Of a stretch of 64,000 nucleotides of DNA, positions 19,970 to 30,399 are shown one piece after another. The notes beneath the pieces are model-generated. The model made no database searches, was not told the origin of the DNA, and saw only the letters and a list, made by a program, of their open reading frames with translations. A program made the position numbers and the translations under genes. Positions within the stretch are counted from its first letter, which is position 1, and each line of letters begins with the position of its first letter. This stretch comes from an uncultured Candidatus Saccharibacteria bacterium (lineage in GTDB: Bacteria; Patescibacteriota; Minisyncoccia; UBA6257): the NCBI GenBank assembly GCA_964479005.1, contig CAYZJA010000002.1, positions 32,001 to 96,000 on the forward strand. The letters are read 5' to 3'.

Positions 19970-22030
19970 TTATCGTATTTTCGCCCCAATACCCCTCAAT
20001 ACTTTATAAATTTTCTTCATTTCTTTATCAACCTCTTCGTTTTTTAAAGTATGATCATTGGCGCGAAAAGTTAAATGAAAAGACAAACTTTTGGTGTCTG
20101 ATGAAAGACTTTTCCCCGCATATATATCAAACAAATCCACATCTTCAAGGTTGATTGGAGAAGTCTTTTGAATAACACTTAATATTTTATCCACTAAGAT
20201 ATTCTGAGCAATAATAAAAGAAATATCCCTAATAATTGCCGGGTATTTTGGAAGTGGTTGGAATTCTCTTTCTTCTTTAATAATTTCCAATAAAGGCAAA
20301 AGTTTGATTTCCCAAAAAACCGATTTCCCTTCGCAATCATACTTTTTTAATATATCTTTTTTAGGGTTGCCTATGACGCCAATTAACTCTTTGCCTTTAT
20401 AAATAGCGGCTCCTTGTTCTAATAAAAACGAATACCCAGTGCCTTCTAATGATTTAAAACTATAATTATCTCTATCAATACCAAAGCGACTAAATAAATC
20501 TTCAATAATTCCCTTTGCTTGATAAAATATAGAAGAATCATCACATTTTTCTTTTTGAGCTAAAACGCCTGAAAAAACAAAATATTCTTTCAAGTTTTTA
20601 CTCTCTTTAAGATATGTTTTGCCTATTTCAAAGAATCTGATTTTATCAGCAAAACTGAAATTATAATTTATGTTTTTTAGAAAATTGATTAAAAGAGTCG
20701 AGCGTAAATATTTAGTCAAAGCACTGGTTGGATTTTGTATCCCTATAAGTTTCTGTTGCCATTTATTAGGCAAAATATCTTTATCTTTTTCTGATATAAA
20801 TGAATAATTATATACCTCTTCTAAACCATAGTCCTTAAGCCAATCTTTTACTTGTTTTCGGAATTCAAAAAACTCATTTTGCAAAGGAAGAGTTAGTATT
20901 TCCTGTGGAATAATAGAATCTATTTTATCAATCCCATACAAACGGGCTACTTCACCCATTACATCTTCTTTTATTTTTATATCATTTCGAAAAGGTGGCG
21001 GGGAAATTAAAAAATATTTTTTCCTTTCTTGAATAGAAAAGCCTAAAAGAGAAAGATATTGAATAACCTCCTTTTTTTTAATTGGCCATCCCAAAAACTT
21101 TTCCCAGTTTTCCCATTTAATAGGAATTAATATTTTTTCTTCTTTAGAAATCCTTTGCCCTGCTTTTCCTTTTAATATATCTCCCCCAGCTAATTCTTGG
21201 ATTAACTGAGCCAAACGATCAATTGCGTAATCAGCTATTTCCAAGGGAATATTATGTTCAAATCTCCAAGAGGCATCTGTTCTCAATCCTAATTTTTTAG
21301 AAGTTAGCCGAATATTTACCCCGTTAAAGTTAGCGCTTTCTAAAACTATATTTGTTGTATTTTTACTAATTCCGGCAATTTTCCCTCCTTTTATCCCAGC
21401 CAAAGCTAATGGATTTTTATTGTCAGCAATAAGTATTGCGCCCTTATCTAAATCATATGTTTCATCTTCCAAAGTGGTAATTTTTTCATTCTTCTTAGCC
21501 TGCCTTATAATTATTTCCTTTTTAATCTTTTTGTTAGCAACAACTGATTTATCACTAATTTTATCAAAATCAAAAACATGAAGAGGCTGACCTGTTTCCA
21601 GCATTACATAATTAGCAACATCTACAATGTTATTAATGGAACGTACGCCACAATCAGTTAATGCGTCTTTTAACCATTTCGAAGATACTTTTATTCTCAC
21701 TCCTTGAAGCAATCTTGCTAAATAATAATTACAATTTTGATCTTTTATTTTAACATTCAAAAAATCTTTAGCAAATATATCTTTTTCCTTCAAATTAATT
21801 TTAGGATAAATAAATTTTTTTCCTAAAATCGCTCCAATTTCTCTAGCCAAACCTAAATGACCCGACGCTTCAGCAACTTGATTAGATAAAAGTTCCACAT
21901 CTAAAACAGGTCTCCTGCCATGATATTTAACTGTCGTTTCAGCAAAATACATCGTTAAAATATCTGCCAGTTTTTCAGGCGTTTCTTTAAACTTCAATAA
22001 ATCTTTTAACCAATTATATGAAAATTTCAT
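19970..22030 (-). CDS. pheT: Phenylalanine--tRNA ligase beta subunit (short form)
   Basis: 686 aa. Has the PheT B3/B4 and B5 domains and lies immediately downstream of pheS. Confidence 0.85.
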   Translation of the reverse strand: MKFSYNWLKDLLKFKETPEKLADILTMYFAETTVKYHGRRPVLDVELLSNQVAEASGHLGLAREIGAILGKKFIYPKINLKEKDIFAKDFLNVKIKDQNCNYYLARLLQGVRIKVSSKWLKDALTDCGVRSINNIVDVANYVMLETGQPLHVFDFDKISDKSVVANKKIKKEIIIRQAKKNEKITTLEDETYDLDKGAILIADNKNPLALAGIKGGKIAGISKNTTNIVLESANFNGVNIRLTSKKLGLRTDASWRFEHNIPLEIADYAIDRLAQLIQELAGGDILKGKAGQRISKEEKILIPIKWENWEKFLGWPIKKKEVIQYLSLLGFSIQERKKYFLISPPPFRNDIKIKEDVMGEVARLYGIDKIDSIIPQEILTLPLQNEFFEFRKQVKDWLKDYGLEEVYNYSFISEKDKDILPNKWQQKLIGIQNPTSALTKYLRSTLLINFLKNINYNFSFADKIRFFEIGKTYLKESKNLKEYFVFSGVLAQKEKCDDSSIFYQAKGIIEDLFSRFGIDRDNYSFKSLEGTGYSFLLEQGAAIYKGKELIGVIGNPKKDILKKYDCEGKSVFWEIKLLPLLEIIKEEREFQPLPKYPAIIRDISFIIAQNILVDKILSVIQKTSPINLEDVDLFDIYAGKSLSSDTKSLSFHLTFRANDHTLKNEEVDKEMKKIYKVLRGIGAKIR

Positions 22031-22033
22031 AAT

Positions 22034-23032
22034 TTAAAATTGTTCCAAAAATCTTATGTCCGAAGAGAAAAATAATCTAATATCGTCAATATGATATTTA
22101 ATCATGGCAATTCTTTCCACTCCAAGCCCAAAAGCAAAACCCTGCCAGAGATTAGCCTCATATCCCATCCTTTTAAATAAATCTGGATGAACCATACCTG
22201 CACCCATTATTTCCAACCATTCGTTTGTATCTTGTTTTTTGCTTTTTGTTTCTTGCTTGAGCTTTATATCCACTTCAACACCAGGAGATACAAAAGGAAA
22301 ATAACTTGGCCTAAAACGAACTAAAACCTGTTGTTTGAAAATATCTTTTACAGTCTCTTCAATAACAGCTTTAAAATTAGATAGACTAATATTTTCTCCG
22401 ACCATCAACCCCTCTATTTGATGAAATTGAATTTCATGAGAAGCATCAGTCGCTTCATGACGAAAACATTTACCAGGAACAATTATACGAAAAGGCGGTT
22501 GATTAGTTTCCATATAACGAACTTGCATTGGGCTAGTATGCGTCCGCAATAACAATTTTGGCTTTATCCAAAGCGTATCCCACATTTCTCTTGCAGGATG
22601 ACCAGCAGGAATATTCAAGGCATCAAAATTATAATATTCAGTTTCTATTTCAGGCCCTTCTATAATGGAAAAACCCATTTTTTGGAAAGAATCAGTTATA
22701 TCACGTAAAATCAATGTCAAAGGGTGAAGATGCCCTTGGTGGATTTTCTCGCCTGGCTGAGTAATATCAATAAAATCCGAAGGAAAAGAAAAATTAGTTT
22801 CTAAAACTCCCTTCTTCTTCTTATACAGAGAGGAAAAAAATTGACGAAAAGCATTGGCTTTTTGCCCTCGTTTTTTCTTTTCTTTTAATGGTAATCCTAC
22901 CAAAGAATTAAAAAATAAAGAAAGGACGCTTTTCCTCCCTAAATATTTAATACGCCATTTTTCTAAATCTGATGTATTTTTAATTAAAGAAATACTATTT
23001 TCAGCTTCCTTTTTTATTTGTTCTAAATCCAT
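22034..23032 (-). CDS. pheS: Phenylalanine--tRNA ligase alpha subunit
   Basis: 332 aa with a class II aaRS core (FRPSYFPFVSPGVEVD, GAGMVHP). Confidence 0.9.
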   Translation of the reverse strand: MDLEQIKKEAENSISLIKNTSDLEKWRIKYLGRKSVLSLFFNSLVGLPLKEKKKRGQKANAFRQFFSSLYKKKKGVLETNFSFPSDFIDITQPGEKIHQGHLHPLTLILRDITDSFQKMGFSIIEGPEIETEYYNFDALNIPAGHPAREMWDTLWIKPKLLLRTHTSPMQVRYMETNQPPFRIIVPGKCFRHEATDASHEIQFHQIEGLMVGENISLSNFKAVIEETVKDIFKQQVLVRFRPSYFPFVSPGVEVDIKLKQETKSKKQDTNEWLEIMGAGMVHPDLFKRMGYEANLWQGFAFGLGVERIAMIKYHIDDIRLFFSSDIRFLEQF

Positions 23033-23185
23033 TGTGCGCTTTTTAATACCTCTATTTTAACGCTTATAGTTAATTTTACTCTAAAATATTGATTTTTTCA
23101 AGCGAAAACTGAGGAAAAAATAGTTCTCCTTGCGAAAAAATGAAAAAAATTATACAATAAAATAGCTAAATTTTTAAATATTATC

Positions 23186-23911
23186 ATGTCAGGACATTCT
23201 AAGTGGTCTAAGGTAAAATACCAAAAAGCTGTTAAAGACCCAAAAAGAGCCAAGGCTTTTTCTAAATTAACAGCCATAATCACTGTAGCGGCAAAAGACG
23301 GTGGAAATATAGATTCCAATTCTAAATTAAAAATGGCTGTTGACAAAGCAAAAGAATTTGGAATGCCTAAAGAAAATATTGAGAGAGCTATAAGTAGGGG
23401 GTCTGGCGAATTAGATGATGGAAAGAAAATTGATGAAATTTTTTGCGAGGCTTATGGTCCAGGGGGCTCAGCTCTTTTAATCCATGCGATTACAGATAAT
23501 AAAAACCGCACCTTAGCTGAACTACGGCATTTACTTCAAGAGCATGGGGCTAAAATGGCAGATACTGGAAGTGTCCGCTGGATGTTTAAAGAATTAGGAA
23601 AAATTATCTTGCCTAAAAAATTTTGGAATGATGATATTTCACTAGAAGCCATTGAAAATGGGGCCGAAGAAATAAAAGAAGAAGATGAAAAAATTATAAT
23701 TTACACTGATCCGCAAAACCTCGCTTCAATTAAAGATTTTCTTGAAAAAAAAATAGGCCAAGATGTTATTAAGGCTGAATTTGATTTTATCAGCCAACAA
23801 CCAATAAAAATTACCGATAAAGGAACAAAAGCAAAGTTGGATAATCTATTCGATGCTTTAGATGAACATGATGATGTAGAAGAAATTTATTGTAACGCTG
23901 ATTTATTGTAA
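23186..23911 (+). CDS. yebC: YebC/PmpR family DNA-binding regulator
   Basis: 241 aa starting MSGHSKWSKVK with conserved YebC motifs throughout. Confidence 0.9.
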   Translation: MSGHSKWSKVKYQKAVKDPKRAKAFSKLTAIITVAAKDGGNIDSNSKLKMAVDKAKEFGMPKENIERAISRGSGELDDGKKIDEIFCEAYGPGGSALLIHAITDNKNRTLAELRHLLQEHGAKMADTGSVRWMFKELGKIILPKKFWNDDISLEAIENGAEEIKEEDEKIIIYTDPQNLASIKDFLEKKIGQDVIKAEFDFISQQPIKITDKGTKAKLDNLFDALDEHDDVEEIYCNADLL

Positions 23912-23918
23912 CAAAACA

Positions 23919-24401
23919 ATGATAATTTTAGGTATTGATCCCGGAACAACTCGAACAGGATGGGCTTTTCTCCGTGTTGGAAGAAAAAATATTAAACCAA
24001 TAGATTATGGGTGTTTGGAGATATCCAAAGAAAGCCAAGGTGAAAGGCTAGAAATAATTGCCAAGGACCTTAATTCATTAATCAAAAAATACAAGCCATC
24101 AATAGTAGCCATAGAAAAAATATTTTTCTTTAAAAACGCTAAAACCGTTATGAGCATTAGCGAAGCCAGAGGCGTTATTCTGTTAGTTGCTCAAAAAAAC
24201 CATTTAAAATGTATTGAATTAACACCGCTTGAAATCAAGCAAAATCTTATAGGTTATGGAAGAGCGAATAAAAAAGATGTCCAAAAAACAATTCAATGTT
24301 TTTTCTCTTTAGAAACAATGCCCAAGCCCGATGATATTGCAGACGCTTTAGCTGTTGCCTTAGCAGGAGTTAATAAATTGGGAATAAAATATTCAAATTA
24401 A
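23919..24401 (+). CDS. ruvC: Crossover junction endodeoxyribonuclease RuvC
   Basis: 160 aa starting MIILGIDPGTTRTGWA, with an RNase H-like fold. It is adjacent to yebC, a conserved linkage. Confidence 0.85.
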   Translation: MIILGIDPGTTRTGWAFLRVGRKNIKPIDYGCLEISKESQGERLEIIAKDLNSLIKKYKPSIVAIEKIFFFKNAKTVMSISEARGVILLVAQKNHLKCIELTPLEIKQNLIGYGRANKKDVQKTIQCFFSLETMPKPDDIADALAVALAGVNKLGIKYSN

Positions 24402-24408
24402 AACAAAA

Positions 24409-26877
24409 ATGATAAAAAAGACCATTTCATTTTTTCTGCTACTATCCCTTCTAGCTTTAACTCTATTGGGCTTTTTTTTGATTTTTCTCGCTGAAGGATT
24501 GCCAGACCCATCTACATTTGATCAACGAGTTGTTCCAGAATCAACAAAAATTTATGATCGCACAGGAGAAATTTTGCTTTATGAAATACATGGCGGAGAA
24601 AAAAGAACTATTGTAAATTTAGACGAAATATCTCCTTATATTGTAAAAGCCACTTTGGCTGCCGAAGACCATAACTTTTATCAACATCGTGGATTTGTAA
24701 TGAAAAGTATTATTCGCGCCATTGTTCATAATTTACTGCGTCCTGATAGTCTTCAGGGGGGCTCTACAATAACCCAACAATTAGCCCGTAATGCTTTCCT
24801 CACCATTGATAAAACTTTAGTAAGAAAACTAAAAGAAGCGATTTTAACTGTTAAGATTGAACAAACTTACAGTAAAAACCAAATCTTAGAAATGTATTTG
24901 AACCAAATTAATTATGGACATAATGTTTACGGAATTGAATCAGCCAGTAATTTCTACTATAGCAAAGAAGCCAAAAATTTAACCTTAGCTGAGGCGGCTT
25001 ATTTGACAAGTCTAATCAAATCACCTAATTATTTGTCCCCTTTTGGCAATCATCTGGAAAATCTAGAAAATAGAAAAAATTGGATTCTTTCACGAGTAAA
25101 AGGCCTTGATTATTGCTCAAGTGAGGAAGTAGAAAAAGCCCAACAAGAAAAAGTAATTTTTACACCACCAAAGGTTGGCTTTAAAGCGCCTCATTTTGTA
25201 ATGTATGTTCGTAATCTTCTCTATGAAAAATTCAGTGAAGAAGAATTGGAAAAAGGCGGATATACTATTATCACAAGTTTGGATATGCGCCTTCAAAACT
25301 TGGCTGAGAAATTAGTGGAAAAATACGGGAACCTTAATGAGGAAAAAGTAGGAGTAAAAAACCTGAGCCTTTTAGCTGAAGACCCTAAAACCGGCCAAAT
25401 ATTAGCAATGGTAGGATCACGCGATTATTGGAACTTAGAAGCTGAAGGAAATGTAAATACTACTTTGAGTATTCGCCAGCCAGGTTCATCTTTTAAACCA
25501 ATAGTTTATGCCACGGTTTTTAAAAAAGGATTTCTTCCTGAAAGTATTATTTTTGATGTCGCTATAGATGGCAAAATAGCTAATTTTTCCACTGACCCAC
25601 AAAATCCTTATTTAGTCCGAAACTATGATGAAAAAACTAGAGGGCCAGTTACTTTCAAACAAGCCCTTGCTCAATCTTTAAATATTCCATCAGTAAAAAT
25701 CTTATATCTAGCTGGCATAAAAGATTCTATTAAAACAGCCCAGGATTTTGGCATTACAACACTTAATGATCCGCCAGAACATTATGGATTAAGCTTAGTT
25801 CTTGGTGGAGGGGGTGTAAAACTAATTGAAATGGTTCACGCATATACAGTTTTCAATCAAGGGGGAATCTATCACCCACAAATAAGTATTTTAAAAATAA
25901 AAGACAAAAATAATCAAACCATTGAAGAATTCTCTTTAAAAAATAAAGTGGTTTTAGATTCACAAATAGCTCATCTTATTAATAGTATTCTATCAGATAA
26001 TAGCGCGAGGGCCCCTACGTTTGGATGGAATAATCAATTATATTTTCCTGATTTTCAAGCGGCAGCAAAAACTGGAACAGATTCTGAATATCGCGATGCA
26101 TGGACAATCGGCTACACTACATCCCTGGTTAGCGGAGTCTGGGCTGGAAACAACGACAGATCTGTAGTAAGTAGAACAGGAGCGCCAGGATCTATGTTAG
26201 CAGCTCCTTGCTGGCATGAATTTATGGAAAAATCAATAGAATTTTATCCTCCAACAAATTTTATTGAACCACTTCCATATACCAATGACCAAGCAATCAA
26301 AAATTCTATCCCAATGCTTAATGGAAGTTATGTGAACACAAAAGAATATAAGAATATTCAAACTGAAGAAATTATAAGCGTCAATGAAATCCATAACATT
26401 CTTTATTATGTTAATAAAGATAATATTCTTGAATCTCCGCCTACTAACCCACTAGGTAATCCCCAGTTTTGGAATTGGGAAATCCCCGTGCTTTTATGGG
26501 CGCAAAAAAACATTATTAATTTCAGTCAAGAATATAATAAATATTTAGGCGCTAATTATATACCTATTGACACCAATGCCATACAAACAACAATAAATTT
26601 TCCCGATGTTCCTAAAATTGAATTTATTTCACCTCAAAACGGCAGCTTTATTGATGCTGATATGGATTTAATTATTAAAATTAATAGCCCTACTGAAATA
26701 ATGAATACCCAAATTTATCTTAATAAAATATTACTCGGGGAATTGAATAAAATTGATGACAATGTTTATTCTCACAAAGTACATCTGAATGATTTAATCG
26801 ATCAAAATGAAATAAAAATTGAAGCCATTGACGGCTTTAATCAAAAAAGCACAGCGTCAATAATTATATTTAAATAA
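24409..26877 (+). CDS. Penicillin-binding protein 1A (bifunctional transglycosylase/transpeptidase)
   Basis: 822 aa with an N-terminal TM helix. GT51 motifs (EDHNFYQHRGF), transpeptidase SxxK/SxN/KTGT motifs (SSFKP, SLN, KTGT) and a C-terminal extra domain are present. Confidence 0.9.
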   Translation: MIKKTISFFLLLSLLALTLLGFFLIFLAEGLPDPSTFDQRVVPESTKIYDRTGEILLYEIHGGEKRTIVNLDEISPYIVKATLAAEDHNFYQHRGFVMKSIIRAIVHNLLRPDSLQGGSTITQQLARNAFLTIDKTLVRKLKEAILTVKIEQTYSKNQILEMYLNQINYGHNVYGIESASNFYYSKEAKNLTLAEAAYLTSLIKSPNYLSPFGNHLENLENRKNWILSRVKGLDYCSSEEVEKAQQEKVIFTPPKVGFKAPHFVMYVRNLLYEKFSEEELEKGGYTIITSLDMRLQNLAEKLVEKYGNLNEEKVGVKNLSLLAEDPKTGQILAMVGSRDYWNLEAEGNVNTTLSIRQPGSSFKPIVYATVFKKGFLPESIIFDVAIDGKIANFSTDPQNPYLVRNYDEKTRGPVTFKQALAQSLNIPSVKILYLAGIKDSIKTAQDFGITTLNDPPEHYGLSLVLGGGGVKLIEMVHAYTVFNQGGIYHPQISILKIKDKNNQTIEEFSLKNKVVLDSQIAHLINSILSDNSARAPTFGWNNQLYFPDFQAAAKTGTDSEYRDAWTIGYTTSLVSGVWAGNNDRSVVSRTGAPGSMLAAPCWHEFMEKSIEFYPPTNFIEPLPYTNDQAIKNSIPMLNGSYVNTKEYKNIQTEEIISVNEIHNILYYVNKDNILESPPTNPLGNPQFWNWEIPVLLWAQKNIINFSQEYNKYLGANYIPIDTNAIQTTINFPDVPKIEFISPQNGSFIDADMDLIIKINSPTEIMNTQIYLNKILLGELNKIDDNVYSHKVHLNDLIDQNEIKIEAIDGFNQKSTASIIIFK

Positions 26878-26938
26878 CCATATTTAAATAAATTATGTAT
26901 AGATAATTATTTTCAAGTAATTACACCTTTATAATTAT

Positions 26939-27235
26939 TCATCCAATTTTATAAAAAATTTTATTAATTTTCACTTTGGGAATTCTCTTTTTAAGATAAG
27001 CTCTTAATTGCGGTTCCTCTAATCGTAATTCTGATGAAATAACTGCCCTACAACACTTAATTGTTAATATCCCCTGTTTTAAAGAACTGACCCTGACTAT
27101 ATCCAAGGACCAGTTTTTTCTTTTTTTAAAATATTGGTTGATTACGTTAATTGCTTCCTGCCCCTGAAAAAAACTTTTAAATCTTTTGGTGTTTGACCAA
27201 CTGTTTAGTGCTTGTTTGATTGATATAAAAGCCAT
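26939..27235 (-). CDS. DUF721/DciA-like protein
   Basis: 98 aa immediately downstream of dnaN. The pattern V.SLKQGILTIKC.S.VISSELRL...L resembles DUF721, which is usually linked to dnaA/dnaN. Confidence 0.5.
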   Translation of the reverse strand: MAFISIKQALNSWSNTKRFKSFFQGQEAINVINQYFKKRKNWSLDIVRVSSLKQGILTIKCCRAVISSELRLEEPQLRAYLKKRIPKVKINKIFYKIG

Positions 27236-27250
27236 AAGACAAAATACTAT

Positions 27251-27310
27251 GTCAAATTTTAATTGGCATTAAAATATAGCGTCAAATTTTAATTGGCATT
27301 AAAATATAGG
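27251..27310. repeat. Perfect 30-bp tandem duplication covering the last 8 codons plus stop of dnaN
   Basis: gtcaaattttaattggcattaaaatatag(c/g) occurs twice in tandem at 27251-27280 and 27281-27310. Copy 2 contains the real dnaN stop, and copy 1 lies just downstream. Confidence 0.9.
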
Positions 27311-28418
27311 AAAAGCTATCATCAGATTTCCCATGAATCAAGCCGGGATTAATTTCTTTATTTAATTTAATAATAATTTCATCTTCTTTAATTGAATGCA
27401 ATCCATCTAATAAGAAATGATAATTAAAACTAATCTTTAATGGATTTCCACTTATATCTTCGGGGGTAAGAACTGTATGGCTTTTCCCCAAAGAAGGGTC
27501 TTGAGCCTCAATAACAATTTCCTTTTTCGATGAATTAAAATCAAACATAACGTCATTTATCCTCCCGCTAAATAAGCCAATAATTTTAACGGCCTCAATT
27601 AATTTCTTTCTATTTAAAATTGTCTGATTTTCAAAATTAGACGGAATTATTGAAGAATATTTTGGGTATTCAGCATTAATAAGCCTGGATATTAAGCGAA
27701 CATTATTTAATGAAAACTGAATTTGATTAGGTTCTGGAAAAATCTTTACTACACTACTAACTTCCTCCATCTCTTCTTGAATAATTCTTAGAACTTCTTG
27801 CGCTGTTCTTAATGGAATTATTATTTCTAAATTATCTTTTATATTAGTTTTAATTTTTTGGGATAAAATATTCTTTTCTGCCAAACGGAAACTATCAGTG
27901 CCAACTAATTTTAAAACGCTTTTTGAAGTATCGTTTTCTAATTTGAATAAAATACCATTCAATTCTGGTTTTGGAGAAGTATAACCAACACTCGGAATTA
28001 CTTGTTCTAATGCTTCTTCAAGGTCCTTTTTTTCTATTTCTATATATCTTTCTGTTTTTGTTTCTGGAATAATTGGAAATTCATCGGGATTTATTCCTTG
28101 AAAGGTCGTATTATAATTCCCACTTTTTACTGATAGAATATTTTTACTTTCTTCAATTGTAATTTTTTCTTCTGATAAATTATTCAAAAACATAGAAAAA
28201 GTTTTTGCTGGAATGATAAATTTTCCTTCTTTTTCCACTTTTCCTGTGATGATTAATTCAATTCCAATTTCCAAATCAGTGGCCAAAAGATGGAGCTTAT
28301 TTTTATTTGTTTTTAAAAGGATATTACTCAAAATAGGGAGTGTAAGATTTTTCCCTGTAATTTTTTCTGCTAAATTAATAGATTTTTTAAAATTATCGAC
28401 TAAAGTGATAAATTTCAT
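27282..28418 (-). CDS. dnaN: DNA polymerase III beta sliding clamp
   Basis: 378 aa with the three-domain beta clamp. It lies downstream of dnaA. Confidence 0.9.
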   Translation of the reverse strand: MKFITLVDNFKKSINLAEKITGKNLTLPILSNILLKTNKNKLHLLATDLEIGIELIITGKVEKEGKFIIPAKTFSMFLNNLSEEKITIEESKNILSVKSGNYNTTFQGINPDEFPIIPETKTERYIEIEKKDLEEALEQVIPSVGYTSPKPELNGILFKLENDTSKSVLKLVGTDSFRLAEKNILSQKIKTNIKDNLEIIIPLRTAQEVLRIIQEEMEEVSSVVKIFPEPNQIQFSLNNVRLISRLINAEYPKYSSIIPSNFENQTILNRKKLIEAVKIIGLFSGRINDVMFDFNSSKKEIVIEAQDPSLGKSHTVLTPEDISGNPLKISFNYHFLLDGLHSIKEDEIIIKLNKEINPGLIHGKSDDSFSYILMPIKI

Positions 28419-28672
28419 ATTTTTATACTAATTATTATTTATATATTATATATATTAATATGTTATTATAATTAAGGACGGATATTTTGTGCATAAATGA
28501 TTTTTTAAAGGTAGTATTGGTTATTAATGATTCTTTAAATGGATAACTAGTGAATAATTAATGAATAATTTGGAGAAAACATGGGGATAGTAATTTAATT
28601 TTCGATTTTTAATTTTCAATTCTCAATTTTATCAAGTGTTTACACCTTATTTTATCAACAATATATCCACCA
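28419..28672. promoter_or_regulatory. Candidate oriC/DUE region between dnaA and dnaN with DnaA-box-like 9-mers
   Basis: An AT-rich tract at 28420-28480 is present. Boxes are TTATCAACA at 28651-28659 (8/9), aTATCCACc at 28662-28670 (7/9) and atGGATAAc near 28540 (7/9 to TGTGGATAA). Confidence 0.55.
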
Positions 28673-30055
28673 TCATTTATTATACAACATTTCTTTCAAA
28701 ATTGTTATTTCCTGACAAAAAACAGGGTTTTTTTCAATTTCAGAAGATATCTTTTTATATGCATGAATAACGGTGGTATGGTCACGATTACCTAATTTTT
28801 CAGCAATACTGGTATAGGAATAATGCAACTCTTCGCGCAAAAGATACATTACTATTTGCCTTGGTTTTACTAATTCTTTCTTCCTAGAACGACCCAAAAC
28901 ATCGTCTTCTTTAAGGTCATAGAAAGAAACTATTTTTTTAATCACTTCTTTTGGTGAAATATATTTATTTGATTTATTTAAAATGAGTGACAATATTCTT
29001 TTGGTTTCTTCTAAAGAGATTGGACTATTTTTAAGGCGCGCATGCGCGATGACTCTGTTTAATGCTCCCTCTAATTCCCTGATATTCTTTGGGATTGCCT
29101 CAGCTATATACTTAAGAACATCATTGTTTATAAGATGGGATACATCCTGACTTTTGTTTTCTAAAATAGCTAATCTTGTTTCAAAATCAGGATAACCAAT
29201 ATCAGCTATCATACCCCCTTCAAATCTAGACCTTAACCGTTCCTCAATAGACGGAATAGATTTTGGCGGGCGATCAGAGGTAAAAACAATTTGTTTATCT
29301 TTTTCATAGAGCGTATTAAACGTATGGAAAAGTTCTTCTTGTGTTTTATCTTTTCCGGCGACAAACTGGACATCGTCAATTAAAAGAAGATCAAGATTTC
29401 GGAAACTTTTTTTAAACTCTGTCATTTTTTGATTACGGATAGCATTAACTAAATCATCTGTAAATTTTTCCGAGGTAGCGTATAAAATTTTCAATTTCTT
29501 TTTTTTTCTCTTTAGTTCATTACCAATAGCTTGTAGAAGATGTGTTTTTCCTAATCCAACGCCGCCATAGATAAAAAGAGGATTATATTTTTTTCCTAGA
29601 TTTTCTATTACTGCCAAAGATGCTGCATTAGCTAATTCATTATTGGTTCCGACAACAAAGTTTTCAAAAAGGTATTTTGGATTAAGATTAGTTTCAGGGT
29701 CAATATTAAATTCTAATTGTTCATCTAAAACTGACGATTTTGAAATAGTTGAAGAACGTTTTGTTTTTTTAGTCTCTATTTTTTTTAAAGAATCTTTATT
29801 AGTAGTAACCAGATATTCAATCTTTTTAATTTTAGGATTTAAGCTAAAAAGAGCGTGTAGAATTTGTTTATGGTATTTATTTTCAAGCCATTCTTTTGTA
29901 AAACTAGATGGGACACCTATAAAGACCGTTCCTTCTTTAATATCTAAAATAAAAGCATCTTTTAACCATGTTAGGTAATTAGCTTTAGAAATATTCAATT
30001 TAATCTCTCCCAAAGCTGCTTCCCAAAGTTCTTTGATATCCATAATTGAAATCAC
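28673..30055 (-). CDS. dnaA: Chromosomal replication initiator DnaA
   Basis: 460 aa with the AAA+ motif (GGVGLGKTHLLQAIGNE), sensor motifs and a C-terminal HTH DNA-binding domain. Confidence 0.95.
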   Translation of the reverse strand: MISIMDIKELWEAALGEIKLNISKANYLTWLKDAFILDIKEGTVFIGVPSSFTKEWLENKYHKQILHALFSLNPKIKKIEYLVTTNKDSLKKIETKKTKRSSTISKSSVLDEQLEFNIDPETNLNPKYLFENFVVGTNNELANAASLAVIENLGKKYNPLFIYGGVGLGKTHLLQAIGNELKRKKKKLKILYATSEKFTDDLVNAIRNQKMTEFKKSFRNLDLLLIDDVQFVAGKDKTQEELFHTFNTLYEKDKQIVFTSDRPPKSIPSIEERLRSRFEGGMIADIGYPDFETRLAILENKSQDVSHLINNDVLKYIAEAIPKNIRELEGALNRVIAHARLKNSPISLEETKRILSLILNKSNKYISPKEVIKKIVSFYDLKEDDVLGRSRKKELVKPRQIVMYLLREELHYSYTSIAEKLGNRDHTTVIHAYKKISSEIEKNPVFCQEITILKEMLYNK

Positions 30056-30261
30056 AATATTTACATTCTATAGTATAACAACCTTTCGTTTTACTCAAGA
30101 ACGTTGAAATTGAAATGTACGCATTTCCATTATAAAAATAAAATTTAGTTTCTGCAAGAAAATCATTCTCTTTTGGGGATAAACTGTTGATAATCAGTGG
30201 GTTTGATATTTAACGTATATTTTGGTATGCTGTTCTAGATTTAAATTTAATATTTATTGCT
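30056..30261. promoter_or_regulatory. Divergent dnaA / rpmH promoter region with tandem DnaA boxes
   Basis: TGGGGATAA at 30174-30182 and TGTTGATAA at 30185-30193 are each 8/9 to TGTGGATAA and sit 2 bp apart. Confidence 0.55.
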
Positions 30262-30396
30262 ATGTCGATTACTTATCAGCCAAAAAAGAAAAAGAGATCA
30301 CGCGCCCATGGATTTTTAAAAAGAATGTCTTCTAAGGGAGGAAAAAAAGTTATTAGTCAACGGAGGCAAAAAGGAAGAAAAAAATTAACTCCTTAA
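30262..30396 (+). CDS. rpmH: 50S ribosomal protein L34 (below the ORF-track size cutoff)
   Basis: Translates as [44 protein letters not shown] (44 aa), the classic L34 sequence. It lies directly upstream of rnpA. Confidence 0.9.
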   Translation: MSITYQPKKKKRSRAHGFLKRMSSKGGKKVISQRRQKGRKKLTP

Positions 30397-30399
30397 GTA

